From Camelus dromedarius (Eukaryota), in contig NC_087472.1 in the NCBI RefSeq assembly GCF_036321535.1, positions 97,466,001 through 97,530,000 of the forward strand: 64,000 nt of DNA, in the 5' to 3' direction. A program made the position numbers and the translations under genes. Numbering within the stretch: the first letter of the stretch is position 1; every line of letters begins with the position of its first letter. The notes under the pieces are model-generated. The model made no database searches. It had not been told where the DNA came from and saw only the letters and a program-made list of their open reading frames with translations. Positions 13,226 to 24,795 of this stretch are shown here, piece by piece.

Positions 13226-14480
13226 AGCTACAGAATTGGCAATACTTTTAGTGGAATGCTGAGGAGCAATCATAAAATTTAGCAAGGCAAAAAAAGTGTC
13301 AGAGGAAGAGGAAAATGATTATGTAAGAAATTTGGGGGGTCATCTTTGGAAAAATGGTAATCTGCCAGTATGAAGTGGAATTACTCCACTGTACCACTCT
13401 GGAGTAAAAATACAGAATTATTTTCTAGACTCACCTGCTGCTCTCACATTACATAGAATTATGGTACATTTTCTAAATCTTGCTTGGGAAATGAGAGAAA
13501 CTCATCTCTAGTCAATCTGTCATTTGCTGTTTCTCTGTTATACAGACATTTACTGTGTGTCAGCTTCTAACTAGTAGAGAGAGAAACGGATGAGAGTGGG
13601 GAAGAGAGAAGAGTTTACATTTCACTCTCTTCTGAGCATGGTTGTTGATTTGAAAAATCACAGCAGCCACAACATGGCAGATTTTCAGCCTTACTCAAAT
13701 TGCCTTTTGAAAGTGCAATTTTTCTGTATAGTGAAACCTTCCTATGTGAAATTGATTAGGAAAATGTGAGGGACTGTCTCACCCCCATAAATATTAGTTT
13801 ATTCATGATAAAGGATGAATGCTAATTTTCATTTATTTCTCCTAGAATAAGTTATGCTCTTAACAGTAGGAAATACTGTTTAATCAAGATATATATCAGT
13901 CTTCCCATTTTATAAAGATAAATCTTTTCTTTCCTCTTGACTAAATGTTGTATATGGTTCTTGAGAATCTTGCTTGATTATATTTCATCTTATGGAGACT
14001 TTACAGACTTCTAAAAATGCATTTCATAGTCAAAAGAGTTGCTTTTCACCAGAATTGAATTTTAACATGGTATCCATCTCTCACTTATCTCCCTCATCAA
14101 CTTGATTTTCACTTATTTCTTTTTGTAAGGTCCTCCTGCTCTTTCTGATCTGAGATATGGATAACGTTTATACCTGGGACATGTAGCAAGTAGTTTCCCT
14201 TCCGGCAACGAATCAGAAAAAATAAAAGAAAAGGAAGGGAAGGGAGGAAGAAAAGGAAAATCGCATCCTTTACTTAAAATATGGCCTTTTGAAAATCTTT
14301 TTAGATACATATGATCTTCCAAGGCTAATATTTCCTTTTGGGGAAGAACATTCTAGGTCATATATGGAAAAGGAGATCCTATATTAATATTAAATCTCTT
14401 GAAATTCTTTGGCGTACAAAAACTTTGGTTGTTCTACCAAAATAATCTGTGGAATGTCACTGTCTTCCTGAAAAAGGAAG

Positions 14481-15087
14481 CATACCAGTAATCAAGTTAT
14501 TGTCTCTCAGTTCCAAGCCCGCCATTCCATTCCCTGCTTTGTTATCCAGGGCTGGAACTCTGCAAAAACACTTTTGTGCTTTGCCAGCTGCTCCTTGATA
14601 GCTTCTCCCTATGAGGGTTAGAGAGAGAGAGACTCTGACAGACTCTTACTGACTACAAAGCTGGAGCAGGGAGAAGGGACTTCTGTCTCTTTGCTTTTAT
14701 CCTGTCAGCATCAGTGCAACAGCTCTTCTTTACCCAAGCAGCAGTAGTTCCTTTCTCTAGGAACAGCTGACAACAGTGCAGGTTTTCCAGTATTTGTGTA
14801 GAGGCAGCCTCAGCCTACCCCCGTTAGAGACACCAGTGCCAGCTGAGCTTTCTAAGAGGTTCCTCCACTAAGCAACTATGTTTTCTCAGTTTCAGTCTCT
14901 TCTCTTTGTTCCTCCAGCCATATAGGTGGTAATTCATGAACTTTCTACCTCTGTGATACCTTCGAATTTTCTTTCTGTCCTATCAGTTACCTAGTTAACA
15001 ATTATATACCTAGTTAACAGTTCTTAATATCAAATAATACTTACATTCTCTCTGTTAGATAACTGTTGTGCTTTTCGTCTCTTGACT
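14481..15087 (+). mobile_element. LTR33-like ERVL solo LTR
   Basis: Start 'taccagtaatcaagttattgtctctcagttccaa'; end 'ttctctctgttagataactgttgtgcttttcgtctcttgact'. Both resemble the LTR33 family. Confidence 0.65.
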
Positions 15088-15235
15088 ACACACACACAGA
15101 CACGCATGTACAAGATGTATATATGATGTATAATATATGTGATGTGTAATATGTATATGTGATCTGTAGTATGTATATAGCACATATATAATATATATGA
15201 TATGCATGTAGCATATATAAATGATATAAATTATT
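15087..15235. repeat. (CA)/(TA)/(TATG) low-complexity tract
   Basis: Read directly from the sequence. Confidence 0.8.
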
Positions 15236-15979
15236 TAACTTTTTTCTTGTTATATAATCAATCGAAAATAGAGGGAAATTAGGGGAAAAATACCAAAACA
15301 TCAGTATACACACATATGTGCTCCTGAATGAGGCATAGTTAGGTCTATTTGCTCATGTTGAAAGATCTTGTATGACAGATTTTTTTAAATGCGGTGAGTG
15401 GTTTCGTATTCAAGTAAAGTAAATTGATCACTGAGGACTTTATTTATTATGTGACGATAACAATGATAATGCTGATGATAGTTTTTATTGGATACCTGCT
15501 AATGACAGGGATCTATTCCTCCGAGATTTCTTTGGAGCTATGCAGGTGCTTTGGAAGGATTTTATTTCCTGGAGAATTCTCAAAGAAAGATAACAAATTC
15601 CTCAGAAGTTGCACTGAGTGGAGTGGACATGTTGACTATTTATCATGATGATTTTTGACATAACCTTAGAGGAGAGAAAAGAATGTTTGAAGGGTGGGAA
15701 ATGGTTCCATCTATTTAGGGAGATAGATGGGTTTGACTTGAGCTGTCATTTATATGAATATGTGCTATAAAGGGCCCAATTTTGATGCTAGCTGAAAGCA
15801 CCTGACAAGAGTAATTACCCATCACCAGTCCTCTTGGACACTGCACTTACTTTAGTTCTAGTGAGTGTAGCTGGTAGAGCGGAAACAGTGTCTCTGCATT
15901 GAAAGAGGTTCTATTATCCAACACAGGAAAAGAAAAATCTTTAACCTAAGAATGATGCAAGTTGAGACTTTTTTAGTTA

Positions 15980-16520
15980 ATATTCAACAACTAAATTTTC
16001 ATAAAATTTGAAACTACCATGTGTTAGAAAATTATGCTAGGTATGGGTTCTACTCTCAAGAAGAAATAGAAATGTAAATACAAGAAAGTCCAGTGTGATA
16101 AATGTAGCAGTAGTGCTATATATACAAACTAATCACTGAACAAGTGATTAACCTTCCAGGATGAAGTAGATTAACATCCAAGTCACCTGCACTAGGTTTG
16201 GAAGTTTTTTTTTTTTTTTTTTTTTTTTACTGGTTGGGGAGGTAATTAGGTTTACTTCTTTATTCTTAGAGGAAGTACTGGGGATTGAACCCAGAACCTC
16301 ATGCATGCTAAGCATGCACTCTACCACTTGAGCTGTACCCTCCCCCCGGAAGTATCTTTAATTTTGTCAGGTGGACAAAGGGAAGAAAAAAATCCCACAA
16401 AAAGGAAACACTATGTGCAAAGGCGCCAAAATGTTAAGTGGGTTGGTATGTTAGAAACACTAAAAGCAGTTCAGTGTTCTTAGAGGGTAAAGTGTGAGGG
16501 ACAATAAATGGAAAATTAAA
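15980..16520 (-). mobile_element. L2 remnant interrupted by a SINE
   Basis: L2-like pieces on both sides of the SINE ('tattcaacaac...ctaccatgtgttagaaaattatgctagg'; 'aggaaacactatgtgcaaaggc'). Confidence 0.4.
16206..16347 (-). mobile_element. tRNA-Ala-derived SINE, camelid Vic-1-like, with poly(A) tail
   Basis: The reverse complement reads ggggagggtacagctcaagtggtagagtgcatgcttagcatgcatgaggttctgggttcaatccccagtac (A and B boxes, AGC anticodon loop), then 'aaacctaattacctcccc' and a long A tail. Flanked by ggaagt at 16200-16205 and 16348-16353. Confidence 0.9.
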
Positions 16521-17629
16521 TATAGTCTATAACCTCTTGGTAGAAGCCTGAAAAATCTACTCAAGATTGGCTTGAGGAACATTGAGAAGGAAGGCTAGCA
16601 TCAACCATAGTCAGCATTTTCTTCCCTTTCCACCCCGTTTGCTTTTCTAATGCATTTATGTTTATGACTCAATACTAAGTGTTGTCCCCTAATAAAATGT
16701 AGTGACAAATAGTTTGAAGATGTTCATAGAACCTGGATAGACATATATTTGAGACCATAAAGAAACATCAATAAAGCATATTTAACCTATTCTGTTCAAA
16801 TCGTTTTCTAATATATTCAGAAAGAAAAAAAATTATTTAAGAAGAAAATTGGAGAAAAAAAAAAAGAAAAGAAAAAATATGCTCCGGGCCTTCTACAGCA
16901 AGAGATCCATCTATGCAGATTCATCATCCTTATGGTAACAGAGTAACAAGTGGCAGTAGCAAATTTTCCATAGTGCCAACCTGTCCACTTAGCAAAACAG
17001 AACTCTTGGAGGATGAGTTATACTATGGGCATGGCACTATGACCTCCTTTTGTTTTTTAACCCCACTGTCAGGTATCAGGGGAAGAGTAGGATATGAGAG
17101 CTCGCAGAATGAAGACATACAAAGAAAGCCAGTTTGCCTCGGGCAGGAACTTTGCTTCACTAAGGCCAGCGGGATATAAAGATACAAGGCCCTAGCTACG
17201 ATGATTATAGGAAGCGTGTGGTTAGAGATGTTTGGCACCAGAAGTGGCACATTTTCAAAACAAAGTCTGATGTCTCAAATCAGCTAGTATATCTTCATGT
17301 GTAGAAGAAAAAGAATAGTTAAAATGTATACTTGATTGATAATCTACTTCACTGAATTTTTAGAAAGATTACATAATATATTTAAAGTCAGCACAATGCC
17401 TGGCATAAAGCAAGTATTTTTTATGCTTAATAAAGATCACCTTATTCTTCATCCTACTATTATTTTTACTTTCTTTAGTTTGAGCTGAGGCTCAAAGTAA
17501 GAAATAGTATCGATCCGTACAGAAGTTTTTTCTAATTTGATAAATATTTTTATATTACAATGATGTTAATTTATAATCTAAGTAATAATTAAAATAAGCA
17601 ATTTGTATATTAATCTTGAAGTTGTATTT

Positions 17630-18050
17630 AACTGAAATATTTGAGCATCTCATAAACACAAAATAACAATATGGTGGTGGGGCAATATCAATATTAATAA
17701 ATAATACTAGGGTTTACAATTCTGTGAGGGAGGGAAATATTAATAAACAAAAGCAAAAACTACAGACGTTAAGTGTTCACCATGGCTGTGGTATTGGAAT
17801 AGAGGAGGATTTGATAGATGCTGTAGATGCAGAATTGACTGGATTTAATGATAAAATGGATATAATATTAGAAAATGGAGGCAATCAGGATGAATCTTAG
17901 CATGCTACTTTTTAATGAACTAAGAGAACAAAGGTTGGGGTGCTTCTTCTACTATATACAAATAGAAACACTGGTAGAGAGCTTGGAACTGGGTGTAGGT
18001 CTGAAACAAATGTCAAGGCTGGACATGCACACTTGGGGGTCATTGACAAG
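17630..18050 (-). mobile_element. L2 remnants
   Basis: 'aatatttgagcatc', 'gatgctgtagatgcagaattgactggatttaatgataaaatggat' and 'aggctggacatgcacacttgggggtcattg'. Confidence 0.4.
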
Positions 18051-18738
18051 ACATGACAATCCCTGGCATACAATGTTTTCATGTTTTACTTTAAAGGATG
18101 TAAAAATCTGAATAATGCATTTATACTTTTTAATCACTCTGGAATATGCTTTAATGGTTAATCGACTCAACCAAACCCAAGACAGCCCTCTCCATTTAGT
18201 GACGGGATATTTTTTACTTTTTCCAGATTAATTGAGATATAATTGACATATAACATTGTGTAAGTTTAAGGTGTCCAATATAATGATTTGATACATGTAT
18301 ATATTGTGAAATGTTTACCACAATAATGTTAGTTAACACCTCCATCTTACTTAATTACCATTTTGTTTTTGTTGTTATGGTGAAATCATTAAAGCTCTAC
18401 TCTCTTAGCAACTTTGAGATACACATTACAGTATTGTCAACTACAGTCGCCATGTTGTACCTTAAGTCCCGAGAATTTATTCATCTTATAATTGAAAGTT
18501 TGTACCCTTTGACCAACATCTCATTTCCCCCACCCTTCAGCCCCTGGCAACTACCATTCTACTCCTTGTTTCTATGTGTTCAATGTTTTTAGTTTTCACA
18601 TAATAGTGAGATCATAAAGTATTTTTCTTTGTCCAACTTATTTGACATAGCATGGTACCCTCAAGATCCATCCATGTTGTCACCACTGGCAAGATTTCTT
18701 CTTTTTTACAGCTGAATAATACTCCTGTGTATATGTGC

Positions 18739-18741
<3 letters not shown>

Positions 18742-18784
<43 letters not shown>
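18742..18784. repeat. (TG)n microsatellite
   Basis: About 21 uninterrupted TG units. Confidence 0.95.
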
Positions 18785-18786
<2 letters not shown>

Positions 18787-18944
18787 CACGTTTTATTTAT
18801 CCATTCATCTAATGATGGGCGCTTGGTTGCTTCCCTGTCTTGGCTATTGTGAATAATGCTACAATGAACATGGGAGTTCAGATGTCTTTTTGAGATAGTA
18901 ATTTCATCTTCTCAGATATATACCCAGAAGTGGGATTTCCGGAT

Positions 18945-19048
18945 CATACAGTAGTTCTGTTTTTAATTTTTGGAAGAACTTTCATAGTGTTTTCCATACA
19001 GTAGTTCTGTTTTTAATTTTTGGAAGAACTTTCATACTGTTTTCCATA
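18945..19048. repeat. 50-bp tandem duplication inside an L1
   Basis: 18945-18994 is repeated at 18995-19044 with one mismatch (18987 g / 19037 c). Confidence 0.95.
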
Positions 19049-19290
19049 ATGGCTTTACATTTCCACCAAAAGTACACTAGAGTTCACTTTTCTCCACATC
19101 CTTGCCAGCATTTATTATCTCTTGTCTTTTTGATAATAGACATCCTAACAAGTGTGAGGTGCTATCTCATTGTAGTTTTAATTTACATTTCCCTGATGAT
19201 TAGTGATGTTGAGCACCTTTTCATGTACTTGTTGGCCATTTGAATATCTTGTTTAGAAAAAAGTTTATTCAAGAATTTGGACCATTTTTA

Positions 19291-20593
19291 AAAAAAAATT
19301 TATTGAGTTATAGTCATTTTACAATGTTGTGTCAAATTCCAGTGTAGAGCACAATTTTTCAGTTATACATGAACATACATATATTCATTGTCGCATTTTT
19401 TTTGCTGTGAGCTACCACAAGATCTTGTATATATTTCCCTGTGCTATACCGTATAATCTTATTTATCTATTCTACATATACCTGACAGTATCTACAAATT
19501 TTGAACTCCCAGTCTGGTCCCTTCCCACTGCTCTCCCCCTTGGCAATCAGAAGTTTGTTTTCTATGTCTATGAGTCTGTTTCTGTTTTGTATTTATGTTT
19601 TGTTTTGTTTGTTTGTTTTTTAGATTCCACATATGAGCGATCTCATATGGTATTTTTCTTTCTCTTTCTGGCTTACTTCACTTAGAATGACATTCTCTAG
19701 GGACATCCATGTTGCTGCAAATGGCGTTATGGTGTCCTCTTTTATGGCTGAATAATATTCCATTGTATAAGTATACCACAGCTTCTTTATCCAGTCATCT
19801 GTTGATGGACATTTAGGCTGTTTCCATGTCTTGGCTATTGTAAATAGTGCTGCTATGAACTTTGGGGTGCAGGTGTCTTTTTGAAGTAGGGTTCCTTCAC
19901 GATACATACTCAGGAGCGGGATTCCTGGGTCATATGGTAAGTCTATTCCTAGTCTTTTGAGGAATCTCCATACTGTTTTCCACAGTGGCTGCACCAAACT
20001 GCATTCCCACCCACAGTGCAGGAGGGTTCCCTTTCCTCCACAGCCTCTCCAGCATTTGTCATTTGTGGACTTTTGAATGATGGCCATTCTGACTGGTGTG
20101 AGGGGATACCTCACTGTAGTTTTGATTTGCATTTCTCTGATAATTAGTGATATTGAGCATTTTTTCATGTGCCTGTTGATCATTTGTATGTCTTCCTTGG
20201 AGAATTGCTTGTTTAGGTCTTCTGCCCGTTTTTGGATTGGGTTGTTTGTTTTTTTCTTATTAAGTCGTATGAGCTGCTTATATATTCTGGAGATCAAGCC
20301 TTTGTCGGTTTCATCTTTTGCAAAAGTTTTCTCCCATTCCATAGGTTGTCATTTTGTTTTACTTATGGTTTCCTTTGCTATGCAGAAGCTTGTAAGTTTA
20401 ATTAGGTCCTATTTGTTTACTCTTGCTTTTATTTCTATTGCTTGGGTAGACTGCCCTAGGAGAACATTTTTGAGATGTATGTGAGGTAATGTTTTGCCTA
20501 TATTTTCTTCAAGGAGATTTATTGTATCTTGTCTTATGTTTAAGTCTTTGATCCATATAGAGTTTATTTTTGTGTATGGTGTAAGGGAGTGTT
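19291..20593 (-). mobile_element. Young camelid-type L1, 5'-truncated, nested in an older L1
   Basis: ORF 19620-20342 (240 aa) is the L1 ORF2 C-terminus. Same 3' UTR as the copy at 2069. Confidence 0.95.
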
Positions 20594-20596
20594 ATC

Positions 20597-21195
20597 TAAT
20601 TGGAATTTTATGAATTTAGGCCTTACACTTAAGTTTTAATATATTTTGAGTTAATTTGTGTTAGTGGTTAAGATAGTGATTTAATTTCACTTTTCTGTAT
20701 ATGGATATCCACTTTCCCCAACACCATTTATTGAAGAGACTATCCTCTCCTCATTATGTATTCTTGGCTCCTTTGTCAAACATTAGTTGACCATATATGC
20801 ATAGTTTATTTCTGGGTTCTTGATTCTCAAACAGTGGTGTATGGGTCTGTTTTTATATGAATACCATACTGTTTTGATTTGTAATATGGTTTGAAATCAG
20901 GAAGTATGATGTCACTAGCTTTCTTCTTTCTTGAGATTGTTTCAACTATTTGCTTTTTTGTGCTTTCATACAAATTTTGGAATTATTTTTTCTAGCTGTA
21001 TTAAAAATGCCATTGGAGTTTTGATAGGGATTGCATTGAATTTACAGATGGCTTTGAGTAATAAGGATATTTTAAAAATAGTAACTCTTCCCGTCCATGA
21101 GCATGGAATATTGTTCCATTTACTTGTGTCTTCAGTTTCTTTCATCAGTGTCATATGTTTTTCAGTGTGTATATATTTGTCTTCCTTGGTTAAAG
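20597..21195 (-). mobile_element. Older L1 ORF2 (probable continuation of the 18205 element)
   Basis: ORF 20966-21154: KWNNIPCSWTGR...KAICKFNAIPIK. Confidence 0.85.
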
Positions 21196-21975
21196 GTGAT
21201 AGAGTATGTGGTTGAGAACAGATAAGTAAAAATAACCATCCTTTCTAGAGTTGACCAGGTAAAATCAAATATAGGAGGAGATGGTACTTCTTTAAAAATA
21301 ATTTAAAATGCTAGCAGAGTGAAAATGATATATATTTTGTGTAAGGTATCCTTCCCTTGAGAATTCATTTATTAATATTAAAATGGCAATTTTCAGAACA
21401 TCTTGTCTTACGGGGTATTTGATATTAGGGAACTTAAACTCATTTAAAGAAACTGAGGTTAAAAGTGAATATTCCACAAGGGTACAGAGGTTCTCCTGGA
21501 ATCTGATTGCTAGAGTTATCCTCCCGGATTAAAATTAAATATTGTAATTTGTCTTTGCTTTAGGTTTTAATAAAACCATATACATGAAAGCCTTATTCTT
21601 AGGGTAGGAACTCCAAAATAAATACTTGTTAATACATGTGGTAATGCAGTGCTGTTGAAACCATACCATTGGCAAGTGTGAAGTAAATCATCCCTTGATT
21701 AAGATTGCGCAGTGTTTCAGAGGCCATCCTTAGCAGCCATCTTCTTTAGTAAGATTTCCCATTAATACTTTGTAAGATTATAGGTGTCTTGAATTCTCAC
21801 ACAACTTAGAACCTTCCTAGGACAGACTATATTTACTTATCAGATGCATTAACTGGTATTAACATTGGTACTTACTTGAAGTCTTCATCATTTACAGCTC
21901 AGATGTGTAAAATATACCTGCACACAGATGTAGGTCTAATGGCCATATGACAGGAAACCCTACCATTTTCTTTTT

Positions 21976-22765
21976 TATTTAAATATCTACTTCTTGTCTC
22001 TGATGGCTTCCCCTGTCACCTCATGAGTAAGTAGGGCTAATATTGGCTGCAGCAAAATCACACTCCCCATTTATCATGCTAATTGCAGTTTAATGAGGAG
22101 AGGCCTGAGGCTAGAAGACTTGTCTACCTAGAGTCCTATTGGAGTGGAGTTTATTATGGTAATTAATACAGCCTGTGATAATTAAATTGCTCTACTGGAT
22201 AGGTACTGTATTTATCATAAAGATTCACTATAGCAAAATATTTTTGAGGATATTGAAAGAGCAGTTTTGAAAATCAAGTTCTATGGGTTTTTTTTTTTTA
22301 GGAGAAACTGTAGTTTGGGTTCTACTTTCACATATTTCTCCTCAGAGCAAGACTGGCTATATAATTTGAGGAACCCAGTTCAAAATGAAAGCGCTGGGCT
22401 TCTTTTTCACATGCAAAAAAATAGAAAGAGCCATAAAGGTACCAAAATGTAAAGCTTTTTTTTCTTTTTTCCACCTGATCTCTTTGCTCGTATGCATGCT
22501 CCATTGTCCTACTGAAATTTCCCTACAAAACCCAAGTTTAAAGGTAAAATTAAGAATTTCAAGATGGTGACAGCAAGAGAACTAAGTGACGGGGGCTGTG
22601 CTCCCATGAAGTCAGCCCTGCCTAAGAGAGCAGAAGTGTGTAAAGCAAACCATTTTGTTCAGCATTTTATTTTATGTTTTATTGAAGTATAGTTGATTTA
22701 CAACTATACTTACAACTATGCTACAGGGGAAGCCATCAGAGACAAGAAGTAAAGATATTTAAATA
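21976..22765. repeat. Dispersed inverted repeat with 41/43-bp arms (21976-22016 and 22723-22765)
   Basis: The reverse complement of tatttaaatatctacttcttgtctctgatggcttcccctgt equals acaggggaagccatcagagacaagaagta(aa)gatatttaaata apart from one 2-nt indel. Confidence 0.95.
22348..22620 (-). mobile_element. MER45-family hAT-Tip100 element
   Basis: Termini 'caagactggctatataatttg' and 'cccatgaagtcagccctg'; 8-bp TSD cctcagag / cctaagag (7 of 8 match). Confidence 0.85.
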
Positions 22766-23575
22766 GTTTCAGGTATACAGCATAGTGATTCAGTATTTTT
22801 GCAGATTATATTCCATTGTAGGTTATTACAAAATAATGGCTATAATTCCCTGTGCTATGCAGTATATACTTGTTACTTATCTATTTTATGTATACTAGTT
22901 TTTGTCTGTTAATCCCATACCCCGAATTTGTCCCTCTCCACTTCTCTCTCCCCTTTGATAACCACAAGTGTGTCTTCTATGTCTTTGAGTCTCCTTCTGT
23001 TTTGCATATATATTCATTTGTTCTGTTTTTTGATCCCACATATAAGTGACATCATACAGTGTTTGTCTTTCTCTCTCTGACTGACTTCATTGAGCATAAT
23101 ATTCTCTAGGTCCATCCACTTAACTGCATGTGGCAGTATTTCATTTTTAATAGCTGAGTACTATTCCTACACACACACATGCACACGCACACCACCCCCA
23201 CATCTTCTTAATCGAGTTGTTTGTTGATGGGTACTTGGATTGCTTCAATGTCTTGGCTTTTGTAAATAGTGCTGCGATGTACATTGGGGTGCATATGTCT
23301 TTTTGAATGAGTGGTTTTGTTTTTTCTGAATATATACCCAGGAGTAGAATTGCTGGATCAATATGGTAGTTCTACTTTTAGTTTTTTGAGGAACCTTGGT
23401 ACTGTTTTTCATAGTGGCTGCCTCAGTTTGCATTCCCACGAACAGTGTATGAGGGTTCCCTTTTCTCCACATCCTTTCCAATGTTTGTTATTTGTAGACT
23501 TTTTGATGATAGCCATCCTGACAGGTGTGAGGTGATACCTCTTTGTGATTTTGATCTGCATTTCTCTGATAATTT
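22665..23575 (-). mobile_element. 5'-truncated L1 (3' UTR and ORF2 end)
   Basis: 'tttattgaagtatagttgatttacaa' 3' end; antisense ORF2 up to 'ctgacaggtgtgaggtgatacctc'. Confidence 0.9.
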
Positions 23576-24435
23576 TTACATAGTTGAGACTCAGATAATC
23601 TCATGCTAGACTTTGTAATGCAATAAAGTATGAAGGAAGTCCAGCCAGATTTGGGCCAACAGATACCTGGAGCTCAGGCTAGGGAAAACCTCAGGAGAAT
23701 AACCTGGATAAGAAAAATGGACCAACAATGAGGACTCCAGTCTCCATCAGGAACCTGCCTATGTTTCCTGCTACAACAGGACATGTTCACATCAAAGCCC
23801 ATAGGAGGGAACAGAAAAGCTAAAATAAGAGAATGATGAATAGTTTAAACTTATTTACAATTACAGGTAGCTGCTGCATTAATACAAACATGCTTACATA
23901 CTCCAACTGAATAAGAGTAAACTTTTCCAAACTTTCCATTTTTTCCTTTACACAAGTTTTTAAACTGTTGCAAGAATAAGTTTGAATAAAAGTATTCCAA
24001 ACGGTATTGAAGAAGATGGATCAGTTTTTTTTCTAGATAGATTGGTTTTCTCTTTCTTTACTTACTTTGATGACTCATTTGTTTCTTTCCTAATCATTGA
24101 ATAAATTTAATAGGACCTAGTATATTACCCTACACAAAAGTGGTGGTCAGTAAATGCTTACGGAAAAAAATTAGATATAATTTACTCTCTATACTGACTG
24201 ACTAGTAAGCATCTTAGGTATATGTTCCCAGGAACTGAACATTCATTGAAATCAGAGTACTAATAGCACTCTATCCCCACAATAAATTGGAGGTTGAATA
24301 TTGTTAAAATGTGGAACACCAGTAATAACAAGCAAACAACAGCTCAGTTGAAAGACTGTTCTGCTCCAATTTCCTCATGTAGGTTATGATTTAGGTGAGA
24401 GTGTAATACCTTCTTGTCACAACAACATCATTTAT

Positions 24436-24436
<1 letters not shown>

Positions 24437-24470
<34 letters not shown>

Positions 24471-24537
24471 CCATCACCATCATCATCATCATCACCATCA
24501 CCATCACCATCACCATCACCATCACCATCACCATCAC
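24437..24537. repeat. (CAT)n grading into (CATCAC)n compound microsatellite
   Basis: Read directly from the sequence; about 100 bp. Confidence 0.95.
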
Positions 24538-24674
24538 ACAATCTCCTGTGAATGTCCTCCTCCTCATAGTTTACTGTAGAGCATCACTTGAATTTAAGTC
24601 ATTTATTTAGTTTTTAGTGGTAAGATAATAAAGAAATACTATTGCAAATAATTTTTACGGCTTTCTGGAGACAG

Positions 24675-24795
24675 ACATTTATTTATTCACTTCAAAGATA
24701 CATTATCAAGTGCCTGAAGAGTACTAGGCCCTCGGGATATAACAGTGAATGAGACAGGGATGATCTCTCTCTTCATGGAGTTTGCAGACTGGTGG
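24675..24795 (-). mobile_element. L2 3' end
   Basis: 'atttatttattcac...caagtgcctgaagagtactaggccctcgggatataacagtgaatgagacag...tcatggagtttgcagactggtgg'. Confidence 0.6.

Larger units (their letters stand above)
18205..19290 (-). mobile_element. Older L1 (L1MA-like), 3' part; host of a younger L1
   Basis: 3' UTR 'attgagatataattgacatataacattgtgtaagtttaaggtg'; antisense ORF2 end ('gtgtgaggtgctatctcattgtagttttaatttacatttccctgatgattagtgatgttgagcacc'). Confidence 0.9.

Noticed and set aside
14988..15020. Direct repeat tacctagttaaca x2
   Set aside because: It lies within the LTR33-like element and is probably part of that element.
16270..16345. tRNA-Ala gene on the minus strand
   Set aside because: It continues into a SINE body and poly(A) tail with flanking direct repeats, so it is a SINE head.
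19620..20342. Longest ORF (240 aa) and similar ORFs at 2402, 40732, 52601, 57149 and 60098 as genes
   Set aside because: They are fragments of L1 ORF2 in 5'-truncated copies that lack ORF1, the promoter and intact endonuclease/RT domains.
24437..24537. Poly-histidine coding tract
   Set aside because: It is a simple repeat and is not covered by any ORF in the supplied track.
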